A stretch of DNA of 64,000 nucleotides. Origin: Squalus acanthias. Its lineage: Eukaryota. The notes under the pieces are model-generated. The model was not told the DNA's origin. It did no database searches and worked only from the letters and a program-made list of their open reading frames with translations. This document shows positions 1 to 11,089 of this stretch, piece after piece; the first letter of the stretch is position 1; each line of letters starts with the position of its first letter. The stretch covers positions 43,154,001-43,218,000 of the forward strand of contig CM059432.1 in assembly GCA_030390025.1 (NCBI GenBank). Direction: 5' to 3'. The translations under genes and the position numbers were made by a program.

Positions 1-2250
1 ATATTACCCCCAATCCCATGTGCTTTAATTTTGCACACTAACCTCTTATGTGGGACTTTATCAAAGGCCTTCTGAAAATCCAAATACACCACATCCACTG
101 GTTCTCCCTTATCTATTCTACCAGTTACATCCTCAAAAAACTCCAGTAGGTTTGTCAAACACGATTCCCCTTTCATAAATCCATGTTGACTTTGTCTATT
201 CCGTTGATATTTTCTAAGTTTCCTGTTATCATATACTGATGTAGTTCCCTGTTTTCTCTCTCCCTCCTTTTTTAAATAGTGAGGTTACATTTGCCACCCT
301 CCAATCTGCAGGAACTGTTTCGTAATCTATAGAATTTTGGAAGATGATAACCAATGCATCCACTATTTCCATGGCTACCTCATTTAGTACTCTGGGATGC
401 AGATTATCAGGCCCTGGGGATTTATCAGCTTTCAGTCCCATTAATTTCTCCAGCACTATTTTTTTACTAATATTAATTTCCTTTAATTCCTCCTTCTCAC
501 TGGACCCTTGGTTCCCTAGCATTTCTGGGAAGTTATTTGTGTCCTCTTCTGTGAAGACAGAACCAAAGTATTTGTTTAATTGCTCAGCCATTTCCTTGTT
601 CCCCATTATAAATTCTTCCGTTTCTGTAAGGGACCTACATTTGAATTCACTAATCTTTTTCTTTTTACATACTTGTAGAAGCTTTTACAATCCACTTTTA
701 TGTTCCTTGCAAGTTTACTCTCATACTCTATTTTTCCCCTCTTAATCAATCTCTTGGTCCTTTTTTGCTGAACTCTAAACTGTTCCCAATCCTCAGGCTT
801 GCTACTTTTTCTGGCAACTTTATATGACTCCTCTTTGGATCTAATACTATCCTTAATTTCTTTTGTTAGCCATGGTTGGGCAGCTTTTCCTTTTGTGTTT
901 TTGCGCCAGAATGGAATGGATAACTCTTGCAATTCATGCATTCGTTCCTTGAATGTTAGCCATTGCCTATCCACTGCATGCCTTTTAATGAAGCTCCCCA
1001 ATATATCATAGCCAACTCACTCCTCATACCTTCGTAGTTTCCTTTGTTTAGATTTAGGACCCTAGTTTCAGATTGGACTTCTTCACTTTCCATTTTAATG
1101 AAGAATTCTATCATGTTATGGTCACTCTTTCCTAAAGGACCCCGCACAACAAGATTATTAATTAACCCCTTCTCATTGCACAATACCCAATCTAGGATAT
1201 CCTGTTCCCTACGTACTGCTCTAATAAACCATCTCGTACACACTCCAGGAATTCATCCTCCACGGTATTATTGCTAATTTGGTTTGGATAGTCTATATGT
1301 AGATTAAAGTCACCCATGATTACTGTAGTACCCTTGTTACATGCATCTCTAATTTCCTGTTTGATGTCATCCCCTACATTACCACTACTGTTTGGAGGCC
1401 TATAGACAACTCCCACCAATGTTTTCTGCCCCTTGGTGCTTCTTAGCTCCACCCAGACTGATTCTACATCTTGATTTTCTGAGCCAATATCCTTTCTCAC
1501 TATTGCTCTGATTTCATCCTTTACTAACAAGGCCACCCCACCTCCTTTTCCTTTTCGCCTGTCCTTCCTAAATATCAAATATCCTTGGATATTCAGCTCC
1601 CAGCCTTGGTCACCCTGCAGCCATGTCCCCGTAATTGAAATTATATTGTATCCGTTTACATCTATTTGTGCTGTTAATTTGTCTACTTTATTATGAATGC
1701 TTCGTGCATTCAGATACAGTGCCTTTAGATTTGTCTTTTTAACATTTTTAGACAACTTATCATTTTTTTTACAATGGCCCTATTTGTCTTATTACCATTT
1801 TTTCTTACCCGGACCCTATTTGTTCGTGCACTCCTTTGTTTGTACGCTCTGTCCCTTCCTGACATAATCTGGTTATCCTTACCCCAATCACTCTCCTGCA
1901 CTGCTTCCTTGTCTTTTCTCTTTAGCATTCTAAATTTCTCTCCACCAGGACACTCCCCCTGCTTATTTAGTTTAAAGCCCTATCTACCTCCCTAGTTATT
2001 CGATTTGCTAGAACTCTGGTCCCAGCATGGTTCAGGTGTAGTCCGTCCCAACAGAACAGCTCTCTCTTTCCTCAGTACTGGTGCCAGTGCCCCACGAATC
2101 GAAACCCACTTCTCCCACACCAATCTTTGAGCCACGCATTCATCTCCCTGATCCTATTGACCCTATGCCAATTTGCTCGTGGTTCCAGTAATAATCCAGA
2201 GATTATGACCTTTGTGGTTCTGCTTTTTAATTTAGTCCCTAGCTGCTCAT
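1..2250 (-). mobile_element. CR1 LINE fragment (ORF1 C-terminus, APE endonuclease, start of RT), frameshifted; runs off the window
   Basis: ORF fragments: LYLNARSI...GVVYRPP...IMGDFN (APE, 1192-1755); KSPGPDNLHPRVL...WRVANVTSLFKKG (pre-RT, 229-606); ISGLL..PRANW...FVGHW (SGNH-type ORF1, 2072-2250). Confidence 0.92.
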
Positions 2251-2409
2251 GAAGACAAAAGGCTTGGATACTCCTTCTCTCCATTCTAGGTTTTGCTCAT
2301 TGATAGCAATGGTTGAGTGTTGTGCAATTTGATTCTTTAACAGAGCTGAAGAATGGGAGTAGCTACTGCTATCCTTCTTTGGCTCTGTATCCATTTTTGT
2401 CTGATTTTG

Positions 2410-2480
2410 CTCCTGTGAAGTGTCTTGAGATGTTTTACTATGTTAAAGGATCTATATAAATGCAAGTTGTTGTTGTTGTT
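2410..2480 (+). mobile_element. L2-type LINE 3' tail remnant
   Basis: gatgttttactatgttaaagg..ctatataaatgcaag(ttg)n; the reverse complement of the tail at 23179. Confidence 0.6.
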
Positions 2481-2547
2481 TTGTAGCCATCTTTGTTACT
2501 GTTTTCTCCAGCCTAGAACAGATGCTATTACCCAATCAAAGAGCTAA

Positions 2548-3393
2548 GGGCTGGAATTTGCCAATGGGGAGCTTTTGGAGGCGGGACTCCCACTCGTCGG
2601 GCTTCAGTCCCGCCTCCATCAACTTCTGGCCAACCCATGCTATTTTCCCTTGCTTGACCTTGTTAAGCCCGCCCAGCGGGCTTAGCAGGCCAATTAAGGG
2701 AAAGTTGGTTACAGAGAACGTCAACGTATGACGTTTCATCTGTCAAAAATTTTTGACAGATGAATTGTCATCGTTTGACAGCTCTGTGAAGCTGTCAAAC
2801 ACTGACATTCTCTGTAGTTTGATGAGTTCTTGAATTCAAGACCTCATCAAACCTCTTTCTTTTGCAGAAATTAGATGGTTGTTGCAGTGGAGAATGCAAC
2901 GGCCATCTGTCATCTCTACCGCAGAGGTGCGAGACTCTCCGCATACCCACCGACTGAAGCCTGCAGGAAGAAACAAAGGTGAGTACACTTTTTCTAAGAC
3001 TTTCCACTTACCTCAAATACTCACCTCTCCACACTTGCACCCATCACTTACCTCCACAGCACACTTTTGGACCCCTCCAACCCCCGCAGACCCACTACTC
3101 GCCTCAGTGACCCTGGTGGTGTTCGGAGCCTTCGGGAAGCCCGCACTTGTGTGGGCAAAAAGGGGATAATCCTATTTTCTGCCTGTTAACTACCTGTTAA
3201 CAGGCAGTTAAGTGGCTGTAATCCCTTCCTGCCTCAAAGGAGATGGGACCCGGCGTGGGACGGCTACCCGTCTCCTGGCAAGATGGAATGGAGGCGGGTT
3301 GGGGGCGGGTTGGGCACCCGCCCCCAAATTCTGGCATTTTCCCAGCAGTTCCGCCTCTAAACCCGCCTCCCCAAGGCTGGCAAAATCCACCCC
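2548..3393 (+). mobile_element. Harbinger-type MITE, family M1 (hairpin-array core)
   Basis: TIR GGGCTGGAATTTGCC / GGCAAAATCCACCCC; TAA TSD at 2545-2547 and 3394-3396; subterminal CCCGCCTCC repeats; homologous to 3410, 12369 and 39253. Confidence 0.88.
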
Positions 3394-3409
3394 TAAGTAT
3401 CTAACATAA

Positions 3410-4202
3410 GGGCTGGATTCTCTGAATGGAGACATGTTGGAGGTGGGACTGCTGCTTGCCGGGTCTCAGTCCCGCCTCCATCATCTTCTGGCCAACCAGC
3501 GGGATTTTCCCCTGATTGACCTTGTTAATCCCGCCCTGCGGGCTCAGCAGGCCAATTAGGGGGAAGTCACTGACAGAGCACGTCAACTTCTGACGAGCCA
3601 TCTGTCAAGATTTCTTGAAAGAAGAAATGTCAGCGTTTGACAGCTCTGTGAAGCTGTCAAACACTGACATTCTGTGTAGTTTGATGAGGCTTTGTGTTCA
3701 GGATTCATCAAACCTTTCTACTTTGTAGAAATCAGATGACTGTTGGTTCGGAGGATCCAACAGCCAGTCTGTGAAATCTACAATGAAGATGTCGGGACTC
3801 CGGATCCAGAGCGGCTGAAGGCTGGAGGCAGAAACAAAGGTCAGTGAACATTTTCTAACACTTTACATTCACCTCACATACTTACCACTCCACACTTGCA
3901 CCCATCACTCAACTCTACATTGTACTTTCAGACCCCGCAGACCCCCGCAGACCTCATACTCGACTCCTCCACCCCGACGGGGTTCTCCGAGGTCGGGAAG
4001 CCTGCACTTGAAAAGGTAAAATGGGACTAATCCTTTGTTCTGCCTGTTAACTACCTGATGGCAAACCCACCCCCATCCCACCTCCTGGCAAAAGGACACA
4101 GAGGCGGGATGGGGGCAGGTTTGCCACCCGCCCCCGATTTCTGCAACTTTACCGGCAGTCCCGCCTCCATACCCGCCTCTCGAGGCTGGCAAAATCCAGC
4201 CC
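3410..4202 (+). mobile_element. Harbinger-type MITE, family M1
   Basis: TIR GGGCTGGATT / AATCCAGCCC; TAA TSD at 3407-3409 and 4203-4205; colinear with 2548-3393. Confidence 0.88.
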
Positions 4203-4570
4203 TAAGTGTTTGCAGCCCTCTTTACATCTAAGGGGGAGAAATTCGGTATCGCCCCGTTTGGGGCGTTAATTTTTGAAATCGTGAAAAATTAGTGCCAGGC
4301 GCTAATGATTCTGAGCTTCCCCTAAATTTGCTGTTCGCGCTCCAGGAGAGAGCTGGAGCGCTAAATCAAGTGCTAATGACCTCATTAGGCCGCTACACGG
4401 GCACTACCAGCAGATTGATAATGAATTTCAGGTGCAATGCAATCGGGAATGATCCTTCACACTGGCTCCTTCCAGCTCTTAAAGGGAAGGTTGCATCATT
4501 GTGCAGATCCTCATTATCAGCAGTGCTGGCTATGAAGGTGACCTGCAAACAACTCAATCTGCTGATCGTG

Positions 4571-6453
4571 ATGGCTGATCCCACTCCCAGGGAGAGAGCT
4601 CGTCGTTTCACGTCCGAGGCATTGGAGGCATTGGTGGCTGGAGTGGAGCGAAGGAGGGCAGTGCTGTTCCTGGACACTGGAAGGAGGCCATTGCCACAGG
4701 TCTTCAGCGGAATGTGGAGGGAAGTGGCCCAGGAGGTCTTGGCCAGTAGTGTGGTCATACGCAGCCTGACACAGTGCCAGAAGAAATTCAACAACCTCAC
4801 TCGGGTGGTCAAGGTGAGTAAATGCTTCAACAGGTCATACATACCATCATCTGAACCTCAGTCTGTACACAGTGCACAAACCACCACACGCCCACCACTC
4901 ACCCACCAAGCATCTGCACCTACTTAAACTTACATCCACATCTCACGCCTTGCCTACAATCACAGCTATTCAACTACGGCAGGCATATCTCCCAAACACA
5001 TAGCTGGACTGTGACTCACACACATTCACTTCTCTTGCAGGCCAAGATGGCCCAAAATAGGAGGGACCAGCAGAGAACAGGCGGGGGTGATGCGCAGCTC
5101 CAGCAGCTTTCAGACCTGGAGGAGCGAGTGCTGCGACTCATTGGGCAGCAGATGGTGGGCGCCGTGGCCGTTGGCAACGTCGGTACCCCTGGAGGCAACA
5201 ACGGTATGTTCATCCCCTCTCCTTCTCTCATCCCACTTCCCCCTCACACCAGAAGCATTTCCCACTTTCCAGCTCCTGATACTGTCTGCATCCCTTGCTC
5301 ACTTCCTGCCCACCTGCTGTCACCTTAAAGCGAGTCTTGTGGCTTTATACTTTCAGAGAATCAGCAACCAGATGACCAGCCTGCCCCTCAGCCTCCCACT
5401 GAGAATGAGGAAGGAGAAGAAGAGGAGGAGCAGAGCACCGTGTCACTGCATCTCTCATCTGCAGGTGCCACCTCAGATACTGGCACTATGCGATCTTTAG
5501 AGGTAAGTTTAGTAGAGGAGTCTGCCCAGGGTGAGGCACCAGGGACAAGCGGGCTGCAGCAAGGTCAGGGGGAAAGGATAGCTCGGGAGCCAGCTCCCCG
5601 GAGGACGAGATCGCGCGTGAGTTCTGCTGCACTGGACTCAGATGAGGACCTTGATAAGGAGGCGTTCACAAGAAGGGTGAGGGGCATGCACCCCGAGATG
5701 ATAGGTGCAAGGGCAAGGGTGCCCGAGAGCCTGTCGGCAATGGTAAGGAGCGTGGAGGAGTTTGCCTCCAACATTGCACAGAGCTCTGTGCACACCATGG
5801 AGCCCATCATTGGCAGTCTGCCAAGGATGGTGGACTCCTTGAGAGACCGTGGAGACCCAAACCTCATGCCATGTGTCATGGGCGATGTGGCAGCAGCTAT
5901 TGCAGCACAGGCAGAAGCCACGCAACATCTTAGTTCTGTAATGCAGTCAATGGTTGCTGCCATCAAGTGTCAGGCTGCTCTCAGGCAGTCTCAGCTTGAT
6001 GCTACTAAAGCTCTGACTGCTGCCATCATCGCTGAGTCCACCTCAGTCCACCGGGGATCTCACAGTGTTGCAGCAGGCCAGCAATCTGTGCTGCAGCAGA
6101 TTGGTAGTGATGCTGAGGTGCTGCCCCGGGGGGAGTGGCAGTGGGTCAGTGTAGCAGGAACCTGCTGTCCTCTCTTAGGATGACAGCATTCCTGCTCCCA
6201 CCACTGCCACTCCGCCATTGCCCTTGCCGCTGCCTGTCATCTATTCAGCCCAGACTGCCGCCGCCCATCCTGAGGTGGCGCAGTGTAAAGCCGGGCCTTG
6301 CAGGCTCAGAGTTGGTTGAGGGCGTCCTACAAGGCCATCTGTAGTCTCTGGCATCGACGCTCAGCAGCCGTCCACCAGCCCTGCTGCAACCACTGGGGAT
6401 ACGCTACGTAGGAGCAGTAGATTAGGAAAAGGCACTGTAAAGAGGGCAAGTAA
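4571..6453 (+). pseudogene. Harbinger Myb/SANT-like DNA-binding protein gene, exons 4571-4813, 5041-5203, 5357-~6453; frameshift near 6130
   Basis: MADPTPRERARRFTSEALEALV...WREVAQEV...QCQKKFNNL is a Myb/SANT (trihelix-like) motif; GT-AG introns in phases 0 and 1 as in the intact copy at 27226; the C-terminal part is shifted relative to that copy. Confidence 0.85.
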
Positions 6454-7490
6454 GGGTTTGCACAAGGGTTATTAGTTAATATTGTTGTTGTATATATGTG
6501 GTTACTGATTTTGGATAAATTTAGAACATAAGAACATAAGAAATAGGAGCAGGAATAGGCCACTTGGCCCCTCGAACCTGCTCCACCATTCAATAAGATC
6601 ATGGCTGATCTTGGGCTCAAAGCCACTTTCCTGCCCACTCCCCATAACCCTTCACTCCTTTATCTTGCAAAAATCTGTCTATCTCCACCTTAAATGTATT
6701 TGATGACCCAGCCTCCATGGCTCTCTGGGGCAGAGAATTCCACAGATTTACGACCCTCTGAGAGAAGAAATTCCTCCTCATCTCAGTTCTAAAAGGGCGA
6801 CCCTTTATTCTGAAACTATGCCCCCGAGTTCTAGATTTCCCCACGAGGGGAAACATCCTCTCTGCACCTATCTTGGCGAGCCCCCTCAGTATCTTATATG
6901 TTTCAATAAGATCACCTCTCATTCTTCTAAGTTCCAATGAGTATAGGCCCAACCTGCTCAACCTTTCTTCATAACTCAAATCCTCATCTCTGGAATTAAC
7001 CTAGTGAATCGTCTCTGAACTGCCTCCAATGCAAGTATATCCTTCCTGAAATAAGGAGACCAAAACTGTATGCAGTTCTCAAGGTGTAGTCTCACCAATA
7101 CCCTGTACAGTTGTAGCAGAACTTCCCTGCTTTTATACTCCAACCCCCTTGCAATAAAGGTCAACATTCCATTTGCCTTTTTGATTACTTACTGTACCTG
7201 CATGCTAACTTTTTGTGTTTCATGCACAAGGACCCCCAGGTCCCTCTGAACTGTAGCATTTTGTAATCTCTCCATTTAAATAATAATTTGCTTTTTTATT
7301 TTCCCTGCCAAAGTGGATAACCTCGCACTTTACCACATTATACTCCATCTGCCAAATGTTTGCCCACTCACTTAGCCTGTCTATATCCCTTTGCGATTCT
7401 TTGAGTTCTCTGCGCAACTTGCTTTCCCACCCATCTTTGTATCATCCACAAACTTGGCTACATTACACTCGGTCCCTTCATTCAAGTCAT

Positions 7491-8825
7491 AGATTCATAG
7501 GGGGAGAAATTCAGTATCGCCCCATTTGGGGCGCAATTATCGGCCGGGCGCAAAGATTAGCGCCTGGCGCTAATTATCGCCACCGACTGCAAACTTGACT
7601 TTTATCGCCCCTGGAGGTGATTGCAGCGCTATATCAGGCGCTTCACACTTGTCTTAAGGCGCAAAGGCCGAGGAGCGAGGCGCTACCTCAGAGCGCTGGC
7701 GAAGCTCATGTAATGTCAGTCAGCAATGGAACACACACACAATGGCACGGGCCAGTTCTTAAAGGGGATGGTTAATCTTGCTTTCCATCCACATCCTGCT
7801 CATTGCAGCCTTGAATCTCGGCCTGGAGAGACCTGCACATCAAATGTGCTGGAAAGAACAATGGAGAGTACCAGGCAAAGAGCTCAGAGTGCAGCCCCCA
7901 CATTCTCTGCTAAATCGATACAAGGAATGGCAAATCAAAATGAACCTGCAAAGTGCTGCTCAGTACCCAAAACTCCTTCACACAACATTGAATCTCTCCA
8001 GAAGTCTCTCCCTCTCTCTCTCAGAATGCGTAGTTCAAAAATGGCACCAACAATAAAAGGCAGGAAGCGGTCACCTTTAAATAGCGCTCCCCCTTTCCCT
8101 TCATGACTGCAGAACGCTCCCCTCAACCTGTCGTTGCTAGCGTCAGGCGGTAAGGCAGGGGGCGCCACTCAATATCCGCTCCGGGGCGATACCGGGGCGT
8201 TGCGCACTCGAGTGACGTCATGATCTGCCGGTGCAGGAGATCGTGGCGGTAGTGTTTAGCGCCGCCGCAAAATGTCTAGTTAATTTCCCGAGCGGCGCAA
8301 ACTTCGCCGCGCCTAGGCGCTAGATGCTTTGCGCCCCATTAGCGCCCTCTTAAGGCGCTAACGGGAGGCGCAACCAACTGAATTTTTCCCCCATAGAGTT
8401 ATACAGCACAGAAAGAGGCCCTTCGGCCCATTGTGTCCGCACCGGCCATCAAGCCCTGTCTATTCTAATCCCATTTTCCAGCACTTGGTCCGTAGCCTTG
8501 TATGCTATGGTGTTTTAAGTGCTCATCTAAGTGCTTCTTGAATGTTGTGAGGGTTCCTACCTCTACCACCCTTTCAGACAGTGAGTTCCAGATTCCAACC
8601 ACCCTCTGGGTGAAAAAGTTTTTCCTCAAATCCCCTCTAAACCTCCTGCCCCTTACCTTGAAACTATGTCCCTTGCTTATTGACCCCTCTACTAAGGGGA
8701 AAAGTTCCTTTCTATCTACCCTATCTGTGCCCCTCATAATTTTGTACACCTCAATCAGGCCCCCTCTCAGCCTTCTCTGCTCTAAGGAAAACAACCCCAG
8801 CTTGTCCAGTCTCTCTTCATAGCTG
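7491..8825 (-). mobile_element. Short 5'-truncated CR1 inserted in the previous CR1; its tail carries a MITE
   Basis: 7-bp TSD AAGTCAT at 7484-7490 and 8826-8832; 3' end nearly identical to 31409-31840. Confidence 0.85.
7500..8392 (+). mobile_element. Harbinger MITE, family M2 (deletion derivative of the A/C lineage)
   Basis: TIR GGGGGAGAAATTCAGT / ACTGAATTTTTCCCCC; ATA TSD at 7497-7499 and 8393-8395; homologous to 16415 and 40142. Confidence 0.9.
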
Positions 8826-9995
8826 AAGTCATTAATGTAGATTGTAAATAGTTGAGGCCCCAGCACCGATCCCTGTGGCACCCCACTAGTTACCGTTTGC
8901 CCTCCGGAAAATGACTCGTTTATCCCGACTCTCTGCTTTCTGTTAGTTAGCCAATTCTCTATCCATGCTAATATATTACCCCCAACTCCGTGAGCTCTTA
9001 TCTTATGCAGTAACCTTTTATATGACACAAAGCTGGGTGGGCGTGTGTGCTGTGAGGAGGATGCAGAGAAACTCCAGTATGATTTGGACAGGTTGGGTGA
9101 TCGTGGCGCTAATGGTTACCACAGCCGCAAACCTCCACCTCAATTTTGCGGGCGTCGGTACTATCGCCATGCCCAGTCGCAAAGCTGGTAGCGCCCCGTT
9201 AACGGAAGGCGCTAAGGTACTGAATTTCTCCCCTTAAGTGTTTGAAATTCTTCAACTTAAGGAGAAGAAAAATGGTTAAATCAGTCTTGCCCTGCAGAAG
9301 TTCACTGTGTGTCAGATAATTATCATAAGGTAGTCTGTTGGATCAGGTCATTCATGTAATTACTGCTGACAGTGGGAAAACCACACATATCCTGTTGCTG
9401 CCATTCTCTCAAGGTAAAAGTGCATATTTTTTTTATTCGTTCCTGGGATGTGGGCATCGCCCATACCTAATTACCCTTGAGAAGGTGGTGGTGAGCCGCC
9501 TTCTTGAACCGCTGCAGTCCCTGTGGTGAAGGTACTCCCATCGTGCTATATATATATAGGGCACCACTGACAGTGCTGTGAAGGAATCTGTGTGCACTGA
9601 AGGAGAAAGGTATGATAGGTGGATTACAGCAATGAAGAATCTAAATGAGGAACCCAGGTTAACATGGTCATCAAGGAGATTAAAACTTACGCTGTAAGAC
9701 AATTACTTGAAATTTGCATGTAGTATTTTCTGTATTTATTAGGGGGGGATTTTAGCCACCTCCGTCCAGTAGAAAGTGAAAGACTCATGAATACATGTAA
9801 CTCATGGGCCTAGTAAAACTGAATTCAATGGGGATCAAGAGGAAAACTCTCCAGTGGCTGGAGTCATACCTGACACAAAGATAGTTGTGGTTGTTGGAGG
9901 CCATTCATCTCACAGATATTGCTGCAGGAGTTCCTCAGGGCAGCGTCCTAGGCCCAACTATCTTCAGCTGCTTCATCAATTACCTACGCTCGATC

Positions 9996-10427
9996 AACAC
10001 GGTGGCATAGTGGTTAGCACTGGTGCCTCACAGCGCCAGGGACCCGGGTTCGAATCTGGCCTCGGGTGACTGTCTGTGTGGAGTTTGCACATTCTCCCCG
10101 TGTCTGCGTGGGTTTCCTCCGGGTGCTCCGGTTTCCTCCCACTGTCCAAAAATGTGCGGGTTAGGTTGATTTGGCTATGATAAATTGACCCTTAGTATTA
10201 GGGGGGGATTAAATATGTGGGGTTATGGGGATAGGATGGGATATGTTAGGGGGAATTAAATACGTGGGGTTACGGGGGTCGGGTGGGATATGTGTACTGT
10301 GGGGATTAAAGCAGGGACAGGGTACTGGATTTGAATGATCAGCCATGATCGTATTGAATGGTGGTGCAGGCTCGACGGGCCGAATGGCCTACTCCTGCTC
10401 CTAGATTCTATGTTTCTATGTTTCTAT
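9996..10427 (+). mobile_element. tRNA-derived V-SINE (HE1-like) with CR1-derived 3' tail
   Basis: Pol III A box GGTGGCATAGTGG and B box GGTTCGAATCT; V-domain TGTCTGTGTGGAGTTTGCACATTCTCCCCGTGTCTGCGTGGGTTTCCTCCGGGTGCTCCGGTTTCCTCCCAC; tail GATCAGCCATGATC...GGCCTACTCCTGCTCCT..(TTTCTATG)n shared with CR1 ends in this window. Confidence 0.9.
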
Positions 10428-10649
10428 AAGGTCAGAAGTGAGGCTGTTCTCTGATGATTGCACCGTGTTCAGTTCCATATCACCATTTCTTAGATACTGA
10501 AGCAGTCTATGCCCACATGCAGCAAGACCTAGACAACATCCAGATTTGGGCTTATAAGTGCCAAGTAACATTTGTGCCACACAAGTGTCAGGCAATGACC
10601 ATTTCCAACAAGAGGGAGTCTAACCACCTCCACTTAACATTCAGCAGCA

Positions 10650-11089
10650 TGAGTCAGAAGGTTGTGGGTTCAAGTCCCACTCCAGGGACTTGAGCACAAA
10701 AATCTAGGCTGACACTCCAGTGCAGTGCTGAGGGAGTACTGCACTGTCAGAGGTGCTGTCTTTTGGATGAGACATTAAACCGAGGCCCCGTCTGCTCTCT
10801 CAGGTGGATGGAAAAGATCCCATGGCACTATTTTGAAGAGGAGCAGGTGTGTTATCCCCGGTGTCCTGGCCAATATTTATCCCTCAATCAACATAACATA
10901 AAACAAATTATCTGGTCATTATCACATTGCTGTTTGTGGGAGCTTGCTGTGCACAAATTGGTTGCTGCATTTCCTACATTACAACAGTGACTACACTTCA
11001 AAGGTACTTAATTGGCTGTAAAGCACTTTGGGACATCTGGTGGTCATGAAAGGCGCAATATAAATCCAAGTCTTTCTTTCTTTCTTTCT
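10650..11089 (+). mobile_element. Deu-domain SINE (AmnSINE1/SacSINE1-like) with L2-type tail
   Basis: B box GGGTTCAAGTCCC; Deu core GTCTTTTGGATGAGACATTAAACCGAGG...AAAGATCCCATGGCACT; tail aaggcgcaatataaatccaag(tctt)n. Confidence 0.8.

Larger units (their letters stand above)
6523..9021 (-). mobile_element. 5'-truncated CR1 (RT plus 3' UTR with (TTCTTATG)n tail), split by a second CR1
   Basis: ORF2 C-terminus YEERLSRLGLYSLE..RGDLIETYKI; the sequence at 7490 resumes at 8833. Confidence 0.88.
4232..9234 (+). mobile_element. Harbinger element A: Myb gene retained, transposase absent, nested CR1/MITE insertions
   Basis: TIR GGGGGAGAAATTC / GAATTTCTCCCCT; TAA TSD at 4229-4231 and 9235-9237; contains a Myb/SANT gene. 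Confidence 0.85.

Noticed and set aside
2548..4202. Tandem segmental duplication
   Set aside because: The two copies are diverged and each has its own TAA TSD, so they are independent insertions
7726..8106. Recurrent ORF MEHTH...ERTMES (also at 16548-17081 and 40368-40715)
   Set aside because: It recurs because the MITE is repeated; frames and ends differ between copies and only a few Myb start codons are homologous
8465..9028. 187-aa RT-like ORF apparently lacking the FADD region
   Set aside because: Chance in-frame fusion of two different CR1 insertions across the AAGTCAT TSD
9996..10070. tRNA-like sequence
   Set aside because: It is the head of a V-SINE, continuous with the V-domain and LINE tail
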